From Leucoraja erinacea (taxonomy: Eukaryota): a stretch of 64,000 bases of DNA. The DNA lies in contig NC_073405.1 in assembly GCF_028641065.1 (NCBI RefSeq), positions 3,410,001 to 3,474,000 on the forward strand, read 5' to 3'. Positions 1-13,477 of this stretch are shown here, piece after piece; the first letter of the stretch is position 1, and every line of letters begins with the position of its first letter. Below the pieces are notes generated by a model that was not told the origin of the DNA, made no database searches, and saw only the letters and a list, made by a program, of their open reading frames with translations. Position numbers and translations under genes: made by a program.

Positions 1-816
1 TCTCTCCTCTCTTCCCCACTTTCTCTGCTATTTAAAACTTCATATTTAAAAATATAAAAATCTGAAATATTAACCCTTTCTTCCCTCATAGATGCTACCC
101 GACTGGCTAAGTATATCAGATTTTATTTTTTGTTTTTTTGCAAAATTTGCTTTTGAATGATATCAGTGTTTGTCATGGCAAGTTTTCTAAATTTAGCCAT
201 TAAAGTTCACATCGCAAAAATATTTAGCCTGAATTATTATTAGCTGTGACACACAGTTTTGATGGCACATAAAGTTTACAGCTGACGGAGTAATCTCTTT
301 AATAAAGAATTGAGTAATTTAGTAAAAGTAGTTTTGAGTAAAAGTCGATGGGAGAGTGGTGAGATTACTTATGAGCCTGGGAAGACCTTATGTGCCTGTT
401 TGGCTTCTCTACCTTAGAGGAAACATTTGTTCCGATAGAATGTTGGAATGCAACAAAGGTATCCCATACTGATTCACGTTATGGGAGGACTGGTGTGCAA
501 GGAAAGATTATGGAGATCATAACTTCCAACTCCAGGAGTATGAGAATCAACCTCATTAAAACATACAAAATCCTGGCAGAGATTTACAGGATAGAGACAT
601 GGATGAATTTCCCTGCTGGATGTCTCCTGAGCCTCAGAAGACAGTCTCAAATTCAGGGATCAGATGCTCAGGACTGAGCTGCGAAGGGAATTCCTTCACC
701 CAGAAGTCAGTGAAGTGCTAGGACTGCCACCACGAGGAAACACTAGAGCAGAATTGACATTCTTTTTAATGGACAAGAAATATTATATTACAAGTTTGAG
801 GCTGCTTCAGCTGCTT

Positions 817-929
817 TCAAAGTTTGGGAGGTCCAGATAAACGCCAGCCTTCCATCTTGCCCATCTTTGTGAGAGATGCAACAGCACCTAGACACAGACA
901 GGCTGCTGTGCCAGTCATGTAGCTGTGAG
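817..929 (-). CDS. ndufa11: NDUFA11 (complex I subunit) exon 4, terminal
   Basis: Acceptor ttcctccacag, phase 1; encodes (A)HSYMTGTAACLCLGAVASLTKMGKMEGWRLSGPPKL*, resembling the human C-terminus THNYGIGAAAC...KMGRLEGW; ATTAAA at 770-765. Confidence 0.93.
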
Positions 930-1504
930 CTGTGGAGGAATGACAAAGCAGTTTATTAATGCTGTAACAGTGCGCTCCATAAAGGGCCCTTCCCACTCAC
1001 GCAATTTTTTTCGGCGACTTGCCGGCACCCGTCATAGTAGGTCGCCGAAAATGTTCAAAATGTTGAAAATCCAGCGGCGACCAGACAAAGGTACGACTCT
1101 TTGGGTGACAACTCACGGCCAAACAGGCTTGCGTCACCCCGCGATGTCGTTGGCAGAACGAGGTGGCAACCAGAGACCCGAGTTTGATCCTGACTACGAC
1201 TTCTGCCTGTATGGAGTTTGTACAACCGTGACCTGCGTGGGTTTTCCCTGGGTGCTCCGGTTTCCTCCCACTCTCCACAGACATGCAGGCTTGTAGGTTA
1301 AATGGCTTAGTATAATTGTAAATTGAGCCTAGTGTGTGTGTGTACGATAGTGCTAGGATGCGGGGATCGTTGGTTGGCGTGGGTTCGGTGGACCGAAGGT
1401 CCCGTTTCTGCGCTGTATCTCTAAAACTAAACAAAAACTAAAAACTAATATGGAGATCAACTGATACTTCAAACCTGTGACACCAAACGGCAAATAGCAG
1501 TATG

Positions 1505-1872
1505 GTCAAGAAGGAACTGCAGATGCTGGAAGATCAAAGGTACACAAAATTGCTGGAGAAACTCAGCGGGTGCAGCAGCATCTATGGAGCGAAGGAAATA
1601 GGCGACGTTTCGGGCCGAAACCCTGAAGGAAATAGGCAATATTTCTGGCCGAAACCCTGAAGGAAATAGGCAACGTTTCTGGCCGAAACCCTGAAGGAAA
1701 TAGGCAACGTTTCGAGCCGAAACCCTGAAGGAAATAGGCAGCGTTTCGGGCCGAAACCCGTAAGCGTTTCGGGCCGAAACCCATAAGCGTTTCGGCCCGA
1801 AACGTTGCCTATTTCCTTCGCTCCATAAATGCTGCTGCACCCGCTGAATTTCTCCAGCAATTTTGTGTACCT
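1505..1872. mobile_element. Palindromic Penelope-derived repeat with internal 34-bp and 23-bp tandem arrays
   Basis: Inverted arms (ggagaaactcagcgggtgcagcagcatctatggagcgaagg and its reverse complement); GAAGGAAATAGGC units at 1591, 1625, 1659, 1693, 1727. Confidence 0.7.
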
Positions 1873-4103
1873 GCAAACAGCAGTACCTAGGCAAAAAGAG
1901 ACCATTGCTTTGATGCGTATGCAAAACATTATTTAATACAAAAAAAAAAATCAGCATAGTTTTAAAATTGTACTTTTTAAAAAATTCTCAAGGCGTCAAA
2001 TAAACTTGAGAGCCCATTATATTCGAGTGTAACGTTTTCAGAGCAACATCTGCTGCTATCTAGTGGCCAGCAGTGGGAACAGCAGCATCCAGAATAAGTA
2101 CAGAGGCTGGTTTACACCAAAGATAGGCACAAATCCTGTAGTAACTGCAGGTCAGGCAGCATCTCTGGAAAAAGGATGGATGGCATTTCGGGTCACAGTC
2201 TGAAGAAAGGTCCCGACTCGAAACGTCACCCAACCTTTTTCTCATGAGATGCGGCAGCACCCATAAATAACACAGTCACTGCGTCGTTAATAAGTGTGTA
2301 TTTATAAAATGTTTATCATTACTTCAATATACCCCAAAGAACAACAAATCCAATTATATTTACAGTGTCGTCACTACTGTAACCTAGCAAACACCTCAAC
2401 TAACACGCACTTAGCAGAGACATTGATTTGGACAGGTTGACCAAGAGATGTGTAGGAAGGAACTGCAGATGCTGGTTTAAACCGAAGATAGACACAAAAA
2501 GCTGGAGTAACTCAGCGGGACAGACAGCATAGTTGGAGAAAAGGAATGGGTGAGGTTTCGGGTCGAGACTCTTCTTCATACCTGAAGAAGGGCCTCGACC
2601 CGAAACATCACCCATTCCTTCTCTCCAGAGATGCTGCCTATCCCGAGGAGTTACTCCAGCATTTTGTGTCTTTTTATAAAAAATGTCAGTTGCTTACAAC
2701 AGATGTATATCTTTCCCAGGCACAAAAACATAACAGGAAAATCTTAGCCACAGCTACATCACAAAAGATGTTTAAAATAATGTTGGATCAAAATGAATGA
2801 TTTATGATGTAGAAAAGAGATGATTCAACAAAATTAAAGCACGTGGAATTGGAGGGAGACATGATGGAGACTCCATGCTGCTCACAATCTGTAACAGTGA
2901 ATGTATCAAGTGTGGAAACATCAGCATTCAATAATACTGGTGAATCTAGGGAATTATTTGCCACAGAAGGCTGTGGAGGTCAAGTCAATGGATAGACAGA
3001 TTCTTGATTAGTATTGGTGTCAGGGGTTATGGGGAGAAGGTAGGAGAATGCCTCAAAAAGGCTGGCAGCATCATCAAGGACCCACACCATCCTGGATACA
3101 CACTCATCTCCCGCTACCTTCATGGTAGAAGGTACAGGAGCCTGAAGACTGCAACGTCCAGGTTCAGGAATAGCTACTTCCCCATTTCGGGTCGAGACTC
3201 TTCTTCAGACTGAGAGTCAGGGGAGGGGGAGATACAGAGATAAGGAAGTTTAAGGTGTGAGAACGAGACATCAAAGGGCGTGGAGATCAAGGAAAATGTA
3301 CAATAGATCAATGCTAGCTGGGAGAAAGTAACAACTAAGCAAACAGATAAATTAGGGACAGTCAGACTGGTCGGGGACCTGGAAAGGGGGAGTGATGGAG
3401 GGAGAGGGAAAGCAAGGGTTACTTGAAGTTAGAGGTCAATATTCATACCGCTGGGGTGTAAGCTGCCCAAGCGAAATATGAGGAGCTGTTCCTCCAATTG
3501 CTAAATTACTGGTTGCTAAACACTTTAACTCCCCCTCCCATTCCCACTGACTTTTCTGGTCCTGGGCCTCCTCCATTGTCCGAGTGAGGACCAGCGCAAA
3601 TTGTATTATGCTGAGGTTTGTGGCAAAATCTTCTGTGTTCACCAGCATCCCCTGAAATAAGCAGCAATTAGGATTCTCCAATTTAGATGGTGGTGTACGA
3701 CTAGACTACATTAAAGCTAATCCCACTATAACGTAGATAAAAATGCTGGAGAAACTCAGCGGGTGAGGCAGCATCTATGGAGCAAAGGAATAGGTGACGT
3801 TTCGGATTGAGACCCTTCCGGAAATTCAGCGGGTGAGGCAGCATCTATGGAGTGAAGGAATAGGTGACGTTTCGGGTCGAGACCCTTCCGGAAAATCGAA
3901 GGTAGATAAAAATGCTGGAGAAACTCAGCGGGTGAAGCAGCATCTATGGAGCGAAGGAATAGGTGACGTTTTGGGTCGAGACTTCCGATTTTTCCAGCAT
4001 CTGCAGTTCCTTCTTAAAAATAACTTGGATGAAGGTAGTTTTGAAATTTTTTTTAAAGCTATACTGGAAATTTCGCAAAGGATTGAAGCACCATTGAACT
4101 CAC

Positions 4104-4226
4104 CTCGTACTCCGAGAAAGATTCCCGAGGCACAACCACCAATGAAATAATTCAATGGATCATCGTTGGTGTCTCGGAAATGTGCAGTTAAGCAGGTAGT
4201 TATTCCAAAAATTGCACCAACTGTAG
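4104..4226 (-). CDS. ndufa11: NDUFA11 exon 3
   Basis: ttttcag / gtgagt boundaries; (A)TVGAIFGITTCLTAHFRDTNDDPLNYFIGGCASGIFLGVR carries the DDPLNYFxGGC motif. Confidence 0.95.
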
Positions 4227-4363
4227 CTGAAAACCAAACAAATGAATTTGGAGTTATTACTAAAGCAATAAAATGTGATTTTCAGGAAACAAACTGAGTA
4301 AAGCATTTGTCTTCGTAAAATAATATTTAACCTAGTATGTATCACATCAAAAAATGTTCTTAC

Positions 4364-4456
4364 CCATTGTCAAGGTGCCATTGACTCCTCGTTGAATGGC
4401 ATCAATGGCATTTGTCGGAGGCATTGCAACAATATGATACGCTGAACCAACAAGAC
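4364..4456 (-). CDS. ndufa11: NDUFA11 exon 2
   Basis: ttttttcag / gtaag boundaries, 93 nt, phase 1-1; (G)LVGSAYHIVAMPPTNAIDAIQRGVNGTLTM. Confidence 0.9.
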
Positions 4457-6029
4457 CTGAAAAAATAATCACATCAAAGTTTGTCATTCTGTAAGACTGC
4501 CTGAGAGTTTCAACTTTAACAGCAATTGGTCTCAGAAAACCTGAATTAAAATAATCAGAGCGGCAAAGACCCGGGTTCAATCCTGACTACATGTGTGCTG
4601 TCTGTACAGAGTTTGTACCTTCTCCCTGAGACCACATGGCTTTTCTCTGGATGCTCCGGTTTCCTCCCGCACTCCAAAGATGTACAGGTTTGTCGGTTAA
4701 TTGGCTTTGGTGAAAATTGTAAATTGCCCCTAATGTGTGTATGTAGGACAGTGCTGGTGTGCAGGGTGATCGCTGCCCGGTGCTGACTCGGTGGGCCAAA
4801 GGGCCTGTTTTCAGGCCGTATCTCTAAACTAAACCTGATTCCACAGGATATAAATATCTCTCACAACCTATCTGTGATAATATCCAAAACAATATAGCTT
4901 TTAAGTTTTATTTTCTCCTCAAATAAAATTCTTGGATGGTCCATTAAATTGTCTGTGCAACAAAGAGAAGAAAAAAAATATACTGTATGAGAAGGCAGGA
5001 AAATGGAGTTAGGAGGGAGAATTAGATCAGCCATGATTGAATGGCAGAGTAGACTTGATGGGCCGAATGGCCTAATTTTACTCCTATCACTTATGACATT
5101 ATGATCGAACTAACAAAACAAAGTATAGGCGTAATGTGTGGTAATGGCGAGTAAATAATTGGTGTGAGAGAGTGTCAGAGTTTAAGTCAGGTACATGCAG
5201 TTGATGACTTTGGGATGAATCCAATGAATGGAAATGAAATCAAGTAACATTCTAGTATGGTGCACTATGTCACACTAAATATGTGTCAGTGTTAACGTTT
5301 CCTGTGCTCCTGAAATAGTCCCTCATGCTCCAGGTTTTAGCGGTTAATATGATTTGGGGGCTTGGATGCTATTAACAACTGCCTTTTACCCTCCTGGGAC
5401 AGACCTATTTAAGTGGCAGGTTGTCGTTTGTATTCTACTTGTTGATTTAGAGTGCCACTTTATCACTCACTTTCTTCAGCCAGAGCGAATGTAGGCAGCA
5501 CAATGGTTGTGGCCAACACATTATTTTAGGAAGGAGATGAGGAGAAATTACTTCAGTCAGAGGGTGGTGAATCTGTGGAATTCTTTGCCACAGAAGGCTG
5601 TGGAGGCCAAGTCAATGGATATTTTTACGGCAGAGAAAGATAGATTCTTGATTAGTGCAGGTACCAGAGGTTATGGGGAGAAAGCAGGAGAATGGGGTTA
5701 GGAGGGAGTGATTGACTGAATTCTACTCCTATCACTTATGATCGAAATAACCAAAGTATCGGCGTTTATCACCAAAGTTTCCTTCTAACTACGATACAAC
5801 ATAATTCCGAGTTCACTTCATTCCACCCGACATCTTTCAGTGAGAATTAATTAATTGAACTCAAAAAACGTATTGTAGTGTAAGCTGATATTAACCTTGC
5901 TTTTGACATTCTGTGCACTGAGATTTGCATGCATCAAAATAGGTGAATTACCAGCAAGGACATATTTAGCAAACCAATATATTCCCAAATCACTGCGTTT
6001 TGCTGCTAAACAAATAACACGCTTCAGCA

Positions 6030-6520
6030 GCAAGCTTCCCTCTCCTCTCCTCTCTCTCTTCCTCCCTCTCTCCTTCCCTCTTCCTCCTTCTCCCTCTGTC
6101 TCTCCTTCCCTCTTCCTCCTTCTCCCTCTCTTCCTCCTTCTCCCTGTCTCTCCTCCTCTCTTCCTCCTTCTCCCTGTCTCTCCTTCCCCCTCTCTTCCTC
6201 CTTCTCCCTGTCTCTCCTCCTCTCTTCCTCCTTCTCCCTGTCTCTCCTTCCCCCTCTCTTCCCCCTCTCTTCCTCCTTCTCCCTCTGTCTCTCCTTCCCT
6301 CTTCCTTTCTCCATCTCTTCCCCCTTCTCTCCTCTTCTTCCTGCTCCTCCCTTTCCACTCCTCCGTCTCTCTCTCCCTCCCAAAGATCATAGAGCTCTAT
6401 GTGATCTTTGCTCCCTCCCTCTTCCTCCTCCCACCCTCTTCTTCTTCTTCTCCGTCCTCGGCCCCCTCCACCTCCCTCTCTCCCCCCCTCTCCCTGCCCT
6501 TGTCCTTGCCCTTGTACATC
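6030..6520. repeat. CT-rich low-complexity tandem repeat in ndufa11 intron 1
   Basis: Repeated tctcttcctccttctccctgtctctcc-type units; near-pure pyrimidine on the + strand. Confidence 0.9.
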
Positions 6521-6563
6521 CTCTGACTCGCCTCACGCCGCCACTGCCTGGGCCCGTACCTAC

Positions 6564-6651
6564 CGAGGCCAGCCCCGAGCCGCGTGGCCTGCCAGGTTTT
6601 GGCCGGACACTGGTCGCCATCGGCCGAGTCCCAGTAGCCGTCGAGCCCCAT
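6564..6651 (-). CDS. ndufa11: NDUFA11 exon 1
   Basis: ATG at 6651; MGLDGYWDSADGDQCPAKTWQATRLGAGL (YWD..DG..C motif); donor gtaggt; CpG-rich context; four exons sum to 417 nt = 138 aa + stop. Confidence 0.92.
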
Positions 6652-6659
6652 GTCGGCGC

Positions 6660-6990
6660 CGCCAAAGGACAGGCTGACCCGGGGAGAGCAGGCCTCGACC
6701 ACACGTGACCCCGCGCACACGTGACCAAAGGTGTAGGATCTTTGCACGTGACAACGCCGGCGCACACGCACACCCCCCCCCAACGTGATCACGCTAGTCC
6801 CTCCCCCACGTGATTACGTCAACCCCTCCCCCTAACGTAACTCACTTCAGACCCCAACGTATCCCACGTCAGCCCCCCCGCACGTGACCCTCGCTAACGC
6901 CCCCATACTCGTGACGCGCGCCAGCCTCCCCACACACGTCGAAGACCCACAGCAAAGCTTGCTTCAACCCCACGTGCAGCAGCATCTCAT
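6660..6990 (-). promoter_or_regulatory. CpG-rich ndufa11 promoter with clustered E-box and CRE-like motifs
   Basis: Six CACGTG (6702, 6718, 6745, 6807, 6881, 6971) plus TTACGTCA and CCACGTCA just upstream of the ATG. Confidence 0.65.
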
Positions 6991-9900
6991 GGAGCCCCGG
7001 AAATTGCTAGGGGGGGGCCGCAAACCGTTGACAAGGTTCTTCAGAGTATGTCGGTCAAACTCGTGACACCTTCAAGCCTCCCCACAAGTGAGTGTGCGGC
7101 AGCTTTCTCAGAGTATAACGGGCCGGGTCTAATGGCCCCTGCTCGAATGTAGTTTGACCGTTTATAAATCACTTCACCAAACGTTGTTGTTGGGGCCTGG
7201 CCTCACCCTCGTCTCCCCTTTGTTTTCGAAGGGTTTCGACCCGAAACGTTGCACCAAGGCAAATTCCTTTCATGTGAATACTTGGCCAATAAACGTATTC
7301 TTCTTTCATTCATTCTCTCCATAGAAACTGCTGACTCATCTGCGGCTGTCCTTTTACGGTGCCAGCATTTGAGTGTCTACCTTTGATTTCTCTGATACCC
7401 ATGTGTTTTACCACTATTCCAGCGGCTCAGATCTGTAAGCGCTAAGAGATAGATGTCTACGCCCAGTTGTATTCTGTACATTTATTATTTAACCTTCAGG
7501 ACTTGCACAGTTGTGCTGCTCAAACAATAAATATAGTTTATAAAGGACTAGTTTAGATACCTTCAACAATTACTTTGTCTACTTTTAAAAACCTAGTTTC
7601 AGAAATCATTTTCAATGATTATATGAAATTTTAATACATTATGATAACTTCCCTGAAGGCTCCTAAACCACAAGATCATTAGTTTGTGTTAATCTCTGCA
7701 ACACTGACTCCTGTTCCTGTTTCTTTAGCCGATCTTGATCAATGCTTGTCACATGTGTCAATAAACTAAACTCAACTCAAACTCATAAACCAAACTCAAC
7801 ACCGTAAAATCTCTCTAACTTCATAACCCTGTAATTTCACAAATCGGGTTTAAATTTCAGACTTGGGGAAATTGATTTACCTTTTACACACAATATATTC
7901 CTGAAGTAAACTGCATATATCAGTACATTTACTCACTGGCTGTAAACCTGGCCCACATTCCAAGCTCCACTCCAGCCACATATTCCCAATACATGTTTCT
8001 GCGACACTCACAAACCATGCAAATTCATCTACGCAGATTCCTCCCACCTTAATCCTGTCAATGAAACATCTGAATTGATTGGAGCAGCCCTGATTTGGAA
8101 TGTAAATTTACTCTGAGTTGCACAAGTTTTCTGTTGTTTTTTTCTATTAACAATTTAAACTTGTAACGTATCTCTTTTTTCATAAAGTGTTATTAAATTA
8201 TATTTTCGTAAATTTAATCAAATCTAATATAGAGTCATACAGCCCTATCGGCCCAACTTGCTCACACTGAGCAACATGTCCCATCTACACCAGTCCCACC
8301 TGCCTATGTTTGGCCCACATCCCTCCAAATCCCACATCCCTAACCATGTACCTGTCGAATTGTTTCTTAAATGTTGCAAGACGGACAGGCAAAATCTCTG
8401 CTGCAACTGCTCTGCTGCTCCAGTTGTTGAGAAACACTGACCTAATTTACGTGCACGCAAGATATTATTGCATGGAAACAATCAGAAATTCTGTTTACTA
8501 AATTGTTACCTGTTAATTGCAAGTTATTTAGAGTTAAAGAGTCATACAGCATGGAGACAGGCCCTTGGTCCCAACGATCACGCCGACCAAGATGCCCTAT
8601 CTACGTTAGTCCTACCTGCCTGCATTTGGCCCATATCCCTCTAAATCTTTCATATACTTTTACCTGTCCATTAATAATACTGTACCTGTTAAGTAATAAA
8701 TCACAGATACATTGTACATGACAAAGGATGTTTATTGCTCTATTTCCCCTTTTCACTGTTTTCACATCAGATTTGTATCATTGTGGGCTGTTTAACCAAC
8801 ATTTTAACAAGCACATGATCCCAAACTTATTCAAGCATCTTGCTCAACATGACTGCACCAACAAACACCATTAATTCATCAAATGATGCCATTGATGTCA
8901 CATAATGAATAGGCGTGATGAGTAACATCTAATGAACAAGCATGAAGAGCAACAATGAGTACTTGATTCTTCAATATTCCTCAGACTGGGTTCCACCTAC
9001 AGGGGTACATTCACTATCCAGGGTGCAATGGATTTAGCAAAGATAAACATACAGTTCACATTCAACTTCACATAACATCCAGCTTTTACCTTAATGAAAA
9101 GTTAAATGCAGTGAACAACCTTTTCCTTGAGAAGGCTGATCCAAATAGCTCTGTTTCCCTCCTGGAAAGCTGCTGTTCTTTGTCATTGTCATCATTCATG
9201 GTTGTTTCTTGTTTCATCATGCTTAATGTTCAATTCAGTGTTTGACATTTTCTGCCAATTTACTAAATTAAATCAAAGAATTTTCTAGCTTTATCATAAT
9301 TCTCCTGAATTATGTTTATGCCTGGCCAATAAACGTCCAGGCGCAAAACTCATTTGAGACTTAATTCCAAATTTTCCACAGACAAACCTTCCTATTTCTA
9401 CAAACTAACTTAACGTGGGAGTGTTGTATAGGGTGTACTGTTGTATATATACATGATCGTCAGTCTGAACAAGCCAAGTGCACTTAGAGGAGCAAACTCT
9501 GGCACTTATTTTAATGTGCAAATTTGATCACAAGATTGTAGTCAGGCCAGCTGTGGACCACGAGACAGGAAAGATAGTGGAGACTGGTCATTGAGGACCT
9601 GGTATTGTGGGAAACAAATAACAGAATGGGGCACAAGAAATCATAGACTTAGACAATTTCACCTTTTCCCAACTCAGTTAACCTATCTGCAATCCCTTTG
9701 TACACGTCTTATGCCCTCAGTAGAGATTACTCTCTTGCCGTTCTTCATGTCTTCAATAGAATTCCATGGAATAATTTCTGGCAGAGATCTGGTGTGTAGG
9801 TGACTCTTACATTCGATTTGTGTTTCACAGACACGATACACCTATTTCTATCCCTTTATTCATGACATTTTTTTTTTTTACGTTTGTGGAAAATGGGGAA

Positions 9901-10361
9901 GCCCCCATGCTTATTTCTTGATTTTTAATCAAGACACCCGGGTGTCAGGGGTTTTGGGGAGAAGGCAGATAGAATGGGGTTGAGAGAGAAAAATAGATAG
10001 CCATGATTAAATGGCGGAGTAGACTTGTTGGATCGAATGGCCTAATTCTGCTCCTGCACCAAACAAACGTTTGAACTTAATTAATATATCCACGGTCATA
10101 TCTTTATATATTTACTGGAATTCCTATTGCATATGAACCCTAATAAGAAAAGAAAAGGTTTCCCCATAGATTCATTAAGTACAATACTTGCGCAGACCAC
10201 TGCTGGAATATCAGAGTTCCCTGGTTCCTAGGCAAGTAAAACTAGAAGAGGTTTCTTTCATGCTCACTGCCTCTGTGGCCATTTTATCTTTGGCTTTGGC
10301 AACTTCTGGTGCTGCAATTGTTCTCTTCTTTTCTGCAATGTTATTGATATGTTTGTAGGAT

Positions 10362-11099
10362 TTATAGAATCAAACACATTCTTGAGTTCTGCATGTGTTC
10401 CCTCGGTTGCCGCCTACTCCTTTCATTCATTGTTTGGCCTCTACAACATGTGTTGATCAGGGCAGAGCATATTTTTTGTCTCTGGTGAAGAACAATGCGA
10501 TAAGTGCCAATGATAGGATTGTGAAACTCCCAATCATGGTTATTGTCGATGAGTCCCTCCGTGATCCCTAGGTCACTCAATGCATTTTTCACGTCACTCT
10601 CCTCTTCACTGAGGGGCATATGCGCGGCCAGGTGATCTGGACTCAAGTGGAATGGTTGGTGCGGCTCTGGAAGTTGCAACCCCCTCAGCCATGGACAGTC
10701 CAGGATGTTGGCTATAGAGTAGCGGTTAGTCGGGATGGGTTGCAGAATTCCATGTATTAGTGTCTTGCAGAGATCGGATACATAAGGTGGAATTGAATAT
10801 GATCCCAATAAGATGGATTTTTTTAGCTTCTTGACTGTGTCTGCACGGAATGGCAAAGTGGCTGTCATTATGAAGTATAACAGGATACCCAGAGCCCAAA
10901 TGTCCACGTGGATTCCAAAGTAACTTTTTTCTCTAAATAGCTCTGGGGCTGCGTATGGAGGGGAGCCACAGCACGTCTTAAGCGGTTCATTCACAGGACA
11001 CAGGACACTGAAGCCAAAGTCACCCACTTTCACAAGGTTACCATGTGAATAAAAGACATTTTCTGCTTTGATATCTCGATGTACCACATTGTTTTCATG
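10362..11099 (-). CDS. nim1k: NIM1K-family Ser/Thr kinase, terminal coding exon
   Basis: Acceptor ttttacag; HENNVVHRDIKAENVF, VKVGDFGFS, CGSPPYAAPELF; ends RMCLIL* (CaaX-like); orthology to human NIM1K not established. Confidence 0.92.
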   Translation of the reverse strand, partial: HENNVVHRDIKAENVFYSHGNLVKVGDFGFSVLCPVNEPLKTCCGSPPYAAPELFREKSYFGIHVDIWALGILLYFIMTATLPFRADTVKKLKKSILLGSYSIPPYVSDLCKTLIHGILQPIPTNRYSIANILDCPWLRGLQLPEPHQPFHLSPDHLAAHMPLSEEESDVKNALSDLGITEGLIDNNHDWEFHNPIIGTYRIVLHQRQKICSALINTCCRGQTMNERSRRQPREHMQNSRMCLIL

Positions 11100-12260
11100 C
11101 TGTAAAAGTAAATGGAAAATGAAGATGAACAAATGTGAAGCAATCAAGAAAGGAAATTATGAAAGAAACAGAGTTACTAGATTGTTAAATGTAATACTGA
11201 GACACTCGGACTATCTTTAATCGGTCATTACTGGACTTTATCGTATAAACTCTATTCCCTTAATCAGGTATCTGTACACTGCGGATACCTCGATTGTAAT
11301 CATGTATTGTCTTTCCGCTGACTGGTTAGCACGCAACAAAAGCTTTTCACTGTACCTCGATACACGTGACAACAAACTGAACTAAACTAAACTCGTAAGG
11401 CAACAAGAAATTAACGACTGATTGGGTTATATGTAGAGGAAGTAAATGCGTTTTGAGCATATAAATATCAGTAATGACTTTTCTTTGTCTCTTTCCATCT
11501 CTCTCTCCCCACAGATGCTTCCTGACGCTGAGTATTTCAGGCCTTTGCTGCTTTTGAATCACTATTGGGCCAAATGGCTTGTGCTTATCTTTATTTTCAT
11601 TCTGTCTGGAAATAATTCACTCAGAATTGCATTACAATTCAGAATTACTCAATTTTGGACAATTAAGATTAATCACAGGATTACAAATCTTTAATTGTAG
11701 ATTAGGAGGTCTAAAAAGGTAATCGGTCACAGAAAGGAAATTTAATCAAGCTGTTCAAAATAATATACACAAAGGAAACACACCATGACAATAGTGTACT
11801 GCCTTGCCCTACGACAACAATCTTGTACTGAAGTCCTAAAACAATGACATTTATGAACCCTATTAGCGGGATAGTGTATCATTCGGAACTTGCTCTATGG
11901 TTAGGAAGTTGCTCTATCTATTTGTCTCTCTTTCCCCACAGATGCTGCCTGACTTGCTGAGTATTTCAGGCATTTACTGCTTTTGAGTCACTATTGAGCC
12001 CAAAGCAATCTCATGCTAGGTGTAAATAACATAGTAACAAATGGAAGACCATATAAACAACCTACCTAAATAAATAAATAAATAAGAAGGGTCTCGACCC
12101 GAAACGTCGCCTATTCTTTCTATCCGTAGATGCTGCCTCACCCGTTGAGTTTCACTAACATCCAACATCTCAGGTTCACTGATGGTAGACATATCAGTTT
12201 AAAGGTGACTTTAAACGGAGGCAATCTCTTTCTTTAGCCAAGACTATTTTTCCCACTTAC

Positions 12261-12529
12261 CATATGTTTGACAGCCGATACAATCTGAATAAATATAAAT
12301 TTACTCTCGTGTTCCAAGAGGCGTCCCTGTGTGCAGATCTTGGTGAAGAGATCCCCTCCTTCTGCGTACTCCAAGACCAGATGTAGACGAGTGTGTGACT
12401 CCAGCACCTCATATAATCGGATAATATTTGGATGATGAAGTTGCTCCATACACAGAACTTCATTTATGAACAGCTCCTGTTTCTCGTGGGTAAGGTGCTT
12501 TTTATCCATAATTTTAATTGCTACCCTTT
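12261..12529 (-). CDS. nim1k: NIM1K-family kinase coding exon 2
   Basis: tttgtag / gtaagt boundaries; ERVAIKIMDK...LHHPNIIRLYEV...QIVSAVKHM. Confidence 0.93.
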
Positions 12530-13188
12530 CTACAAATCGGAAAGTAAAATCCATCAGTCACCTTCTATCATCAATGAACAATCTACTAGATAGGATGTCT
12601 TAACTTCTCAAATGGAGTCAGTGAAGTAGTAGATTATTTAATAGCCATGCTTACGTGTTTGTACTTACATGTCCTAAAACAATGACATTTATGACTCCAT
12701 TTGTGGGAGCGTGTATCAACCTACTTAATGCTTTGGACCATTTTACATATCATAATGGAATCGTATAATATTAGTAATTAAATGCATGAAAACAAGGCAG
12801 CACAGTTTGCAAAGCTGCTGCCTCACAGCACCAGACCCAATGCAAACCTGACCTCAGGTTCTGCCAGTGTGGAGTTTGCATGTTCTCCCTGTGACCATAT
12901 AGGTTTTCTCCGGGTGCTCCAGTTTCATTGCACATCCCCAAAGACATGTGGGTGTGTTGGTTAATTCTCCCCTGTAAAATTGCCTCCAGTGTGTCGGGGG
13001 TGGATGAGAAAGTGGGATAATATAGAACTAGTGCGAACAGGTGATCGATATTCGGCAAGGAGTCAGTGGACCGAAGTCTGTATCTCTAAACGAAACACAT
13101 TGAAGAAGGGGTGCTTAGAGGGCCCTAAGACAGCCTGTTTGCATAACCTCTCAAATATTCTCAGTGGAATGTGGTAGGTTAGACGTAC

Positions 13189-13477
13189 CTTTTGTCAAGC
13201 AATGTATTCCAAGTTTCACTTTTGAGAAGTTCCCAATGCCAATTTCTCCGCGGAGCTGGTAAAATCCAATCCTCTTTCCAAGTATCAGTTCACTTTTCAC
13301 TTTTTCATTGTTCCTCATATCGTAAATGACTTTTTCAAAGGGTGTGAATACTGTGTTTCCCTTCTCCCCCAATTCGTCTTCATCCATCTTGTGTTGCATC
13401 TGCCATTTAATGCCTTGATTTGGGCTGGAGAAGCCCCTCAATCCCTCACTGCGAACAGAAAGTGCTACAGCCATCAT
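13189..13477 (-). CDS. nim1k: NIM1K-family kinase coding exon 1
   Basis: MMAVALS...TPFEK...LGKRIGFYQLRGEIGIGNFSKVKLGIHCLTK, the NIM1-type N-terminus; donor gtacgt; total 1296 nt = 431 aa + stop. Confidence 0.9.

Noticed and set aside
1591-1810. CRISPR-like array of short palindromic repeats (similar at about 52461-52590)
   Set aside because: Head-to-tail 34-bp and 23-bp units with no unique spacers, no cas genes and a vertebrate context; internal expansion of a Penelope-derived repeat
5851-6526. Long E/R/G-rich and L/P/S-rich ORFs
   Set aside because: Translations of a CT-rich simple repeat in ndufa11 intron 1
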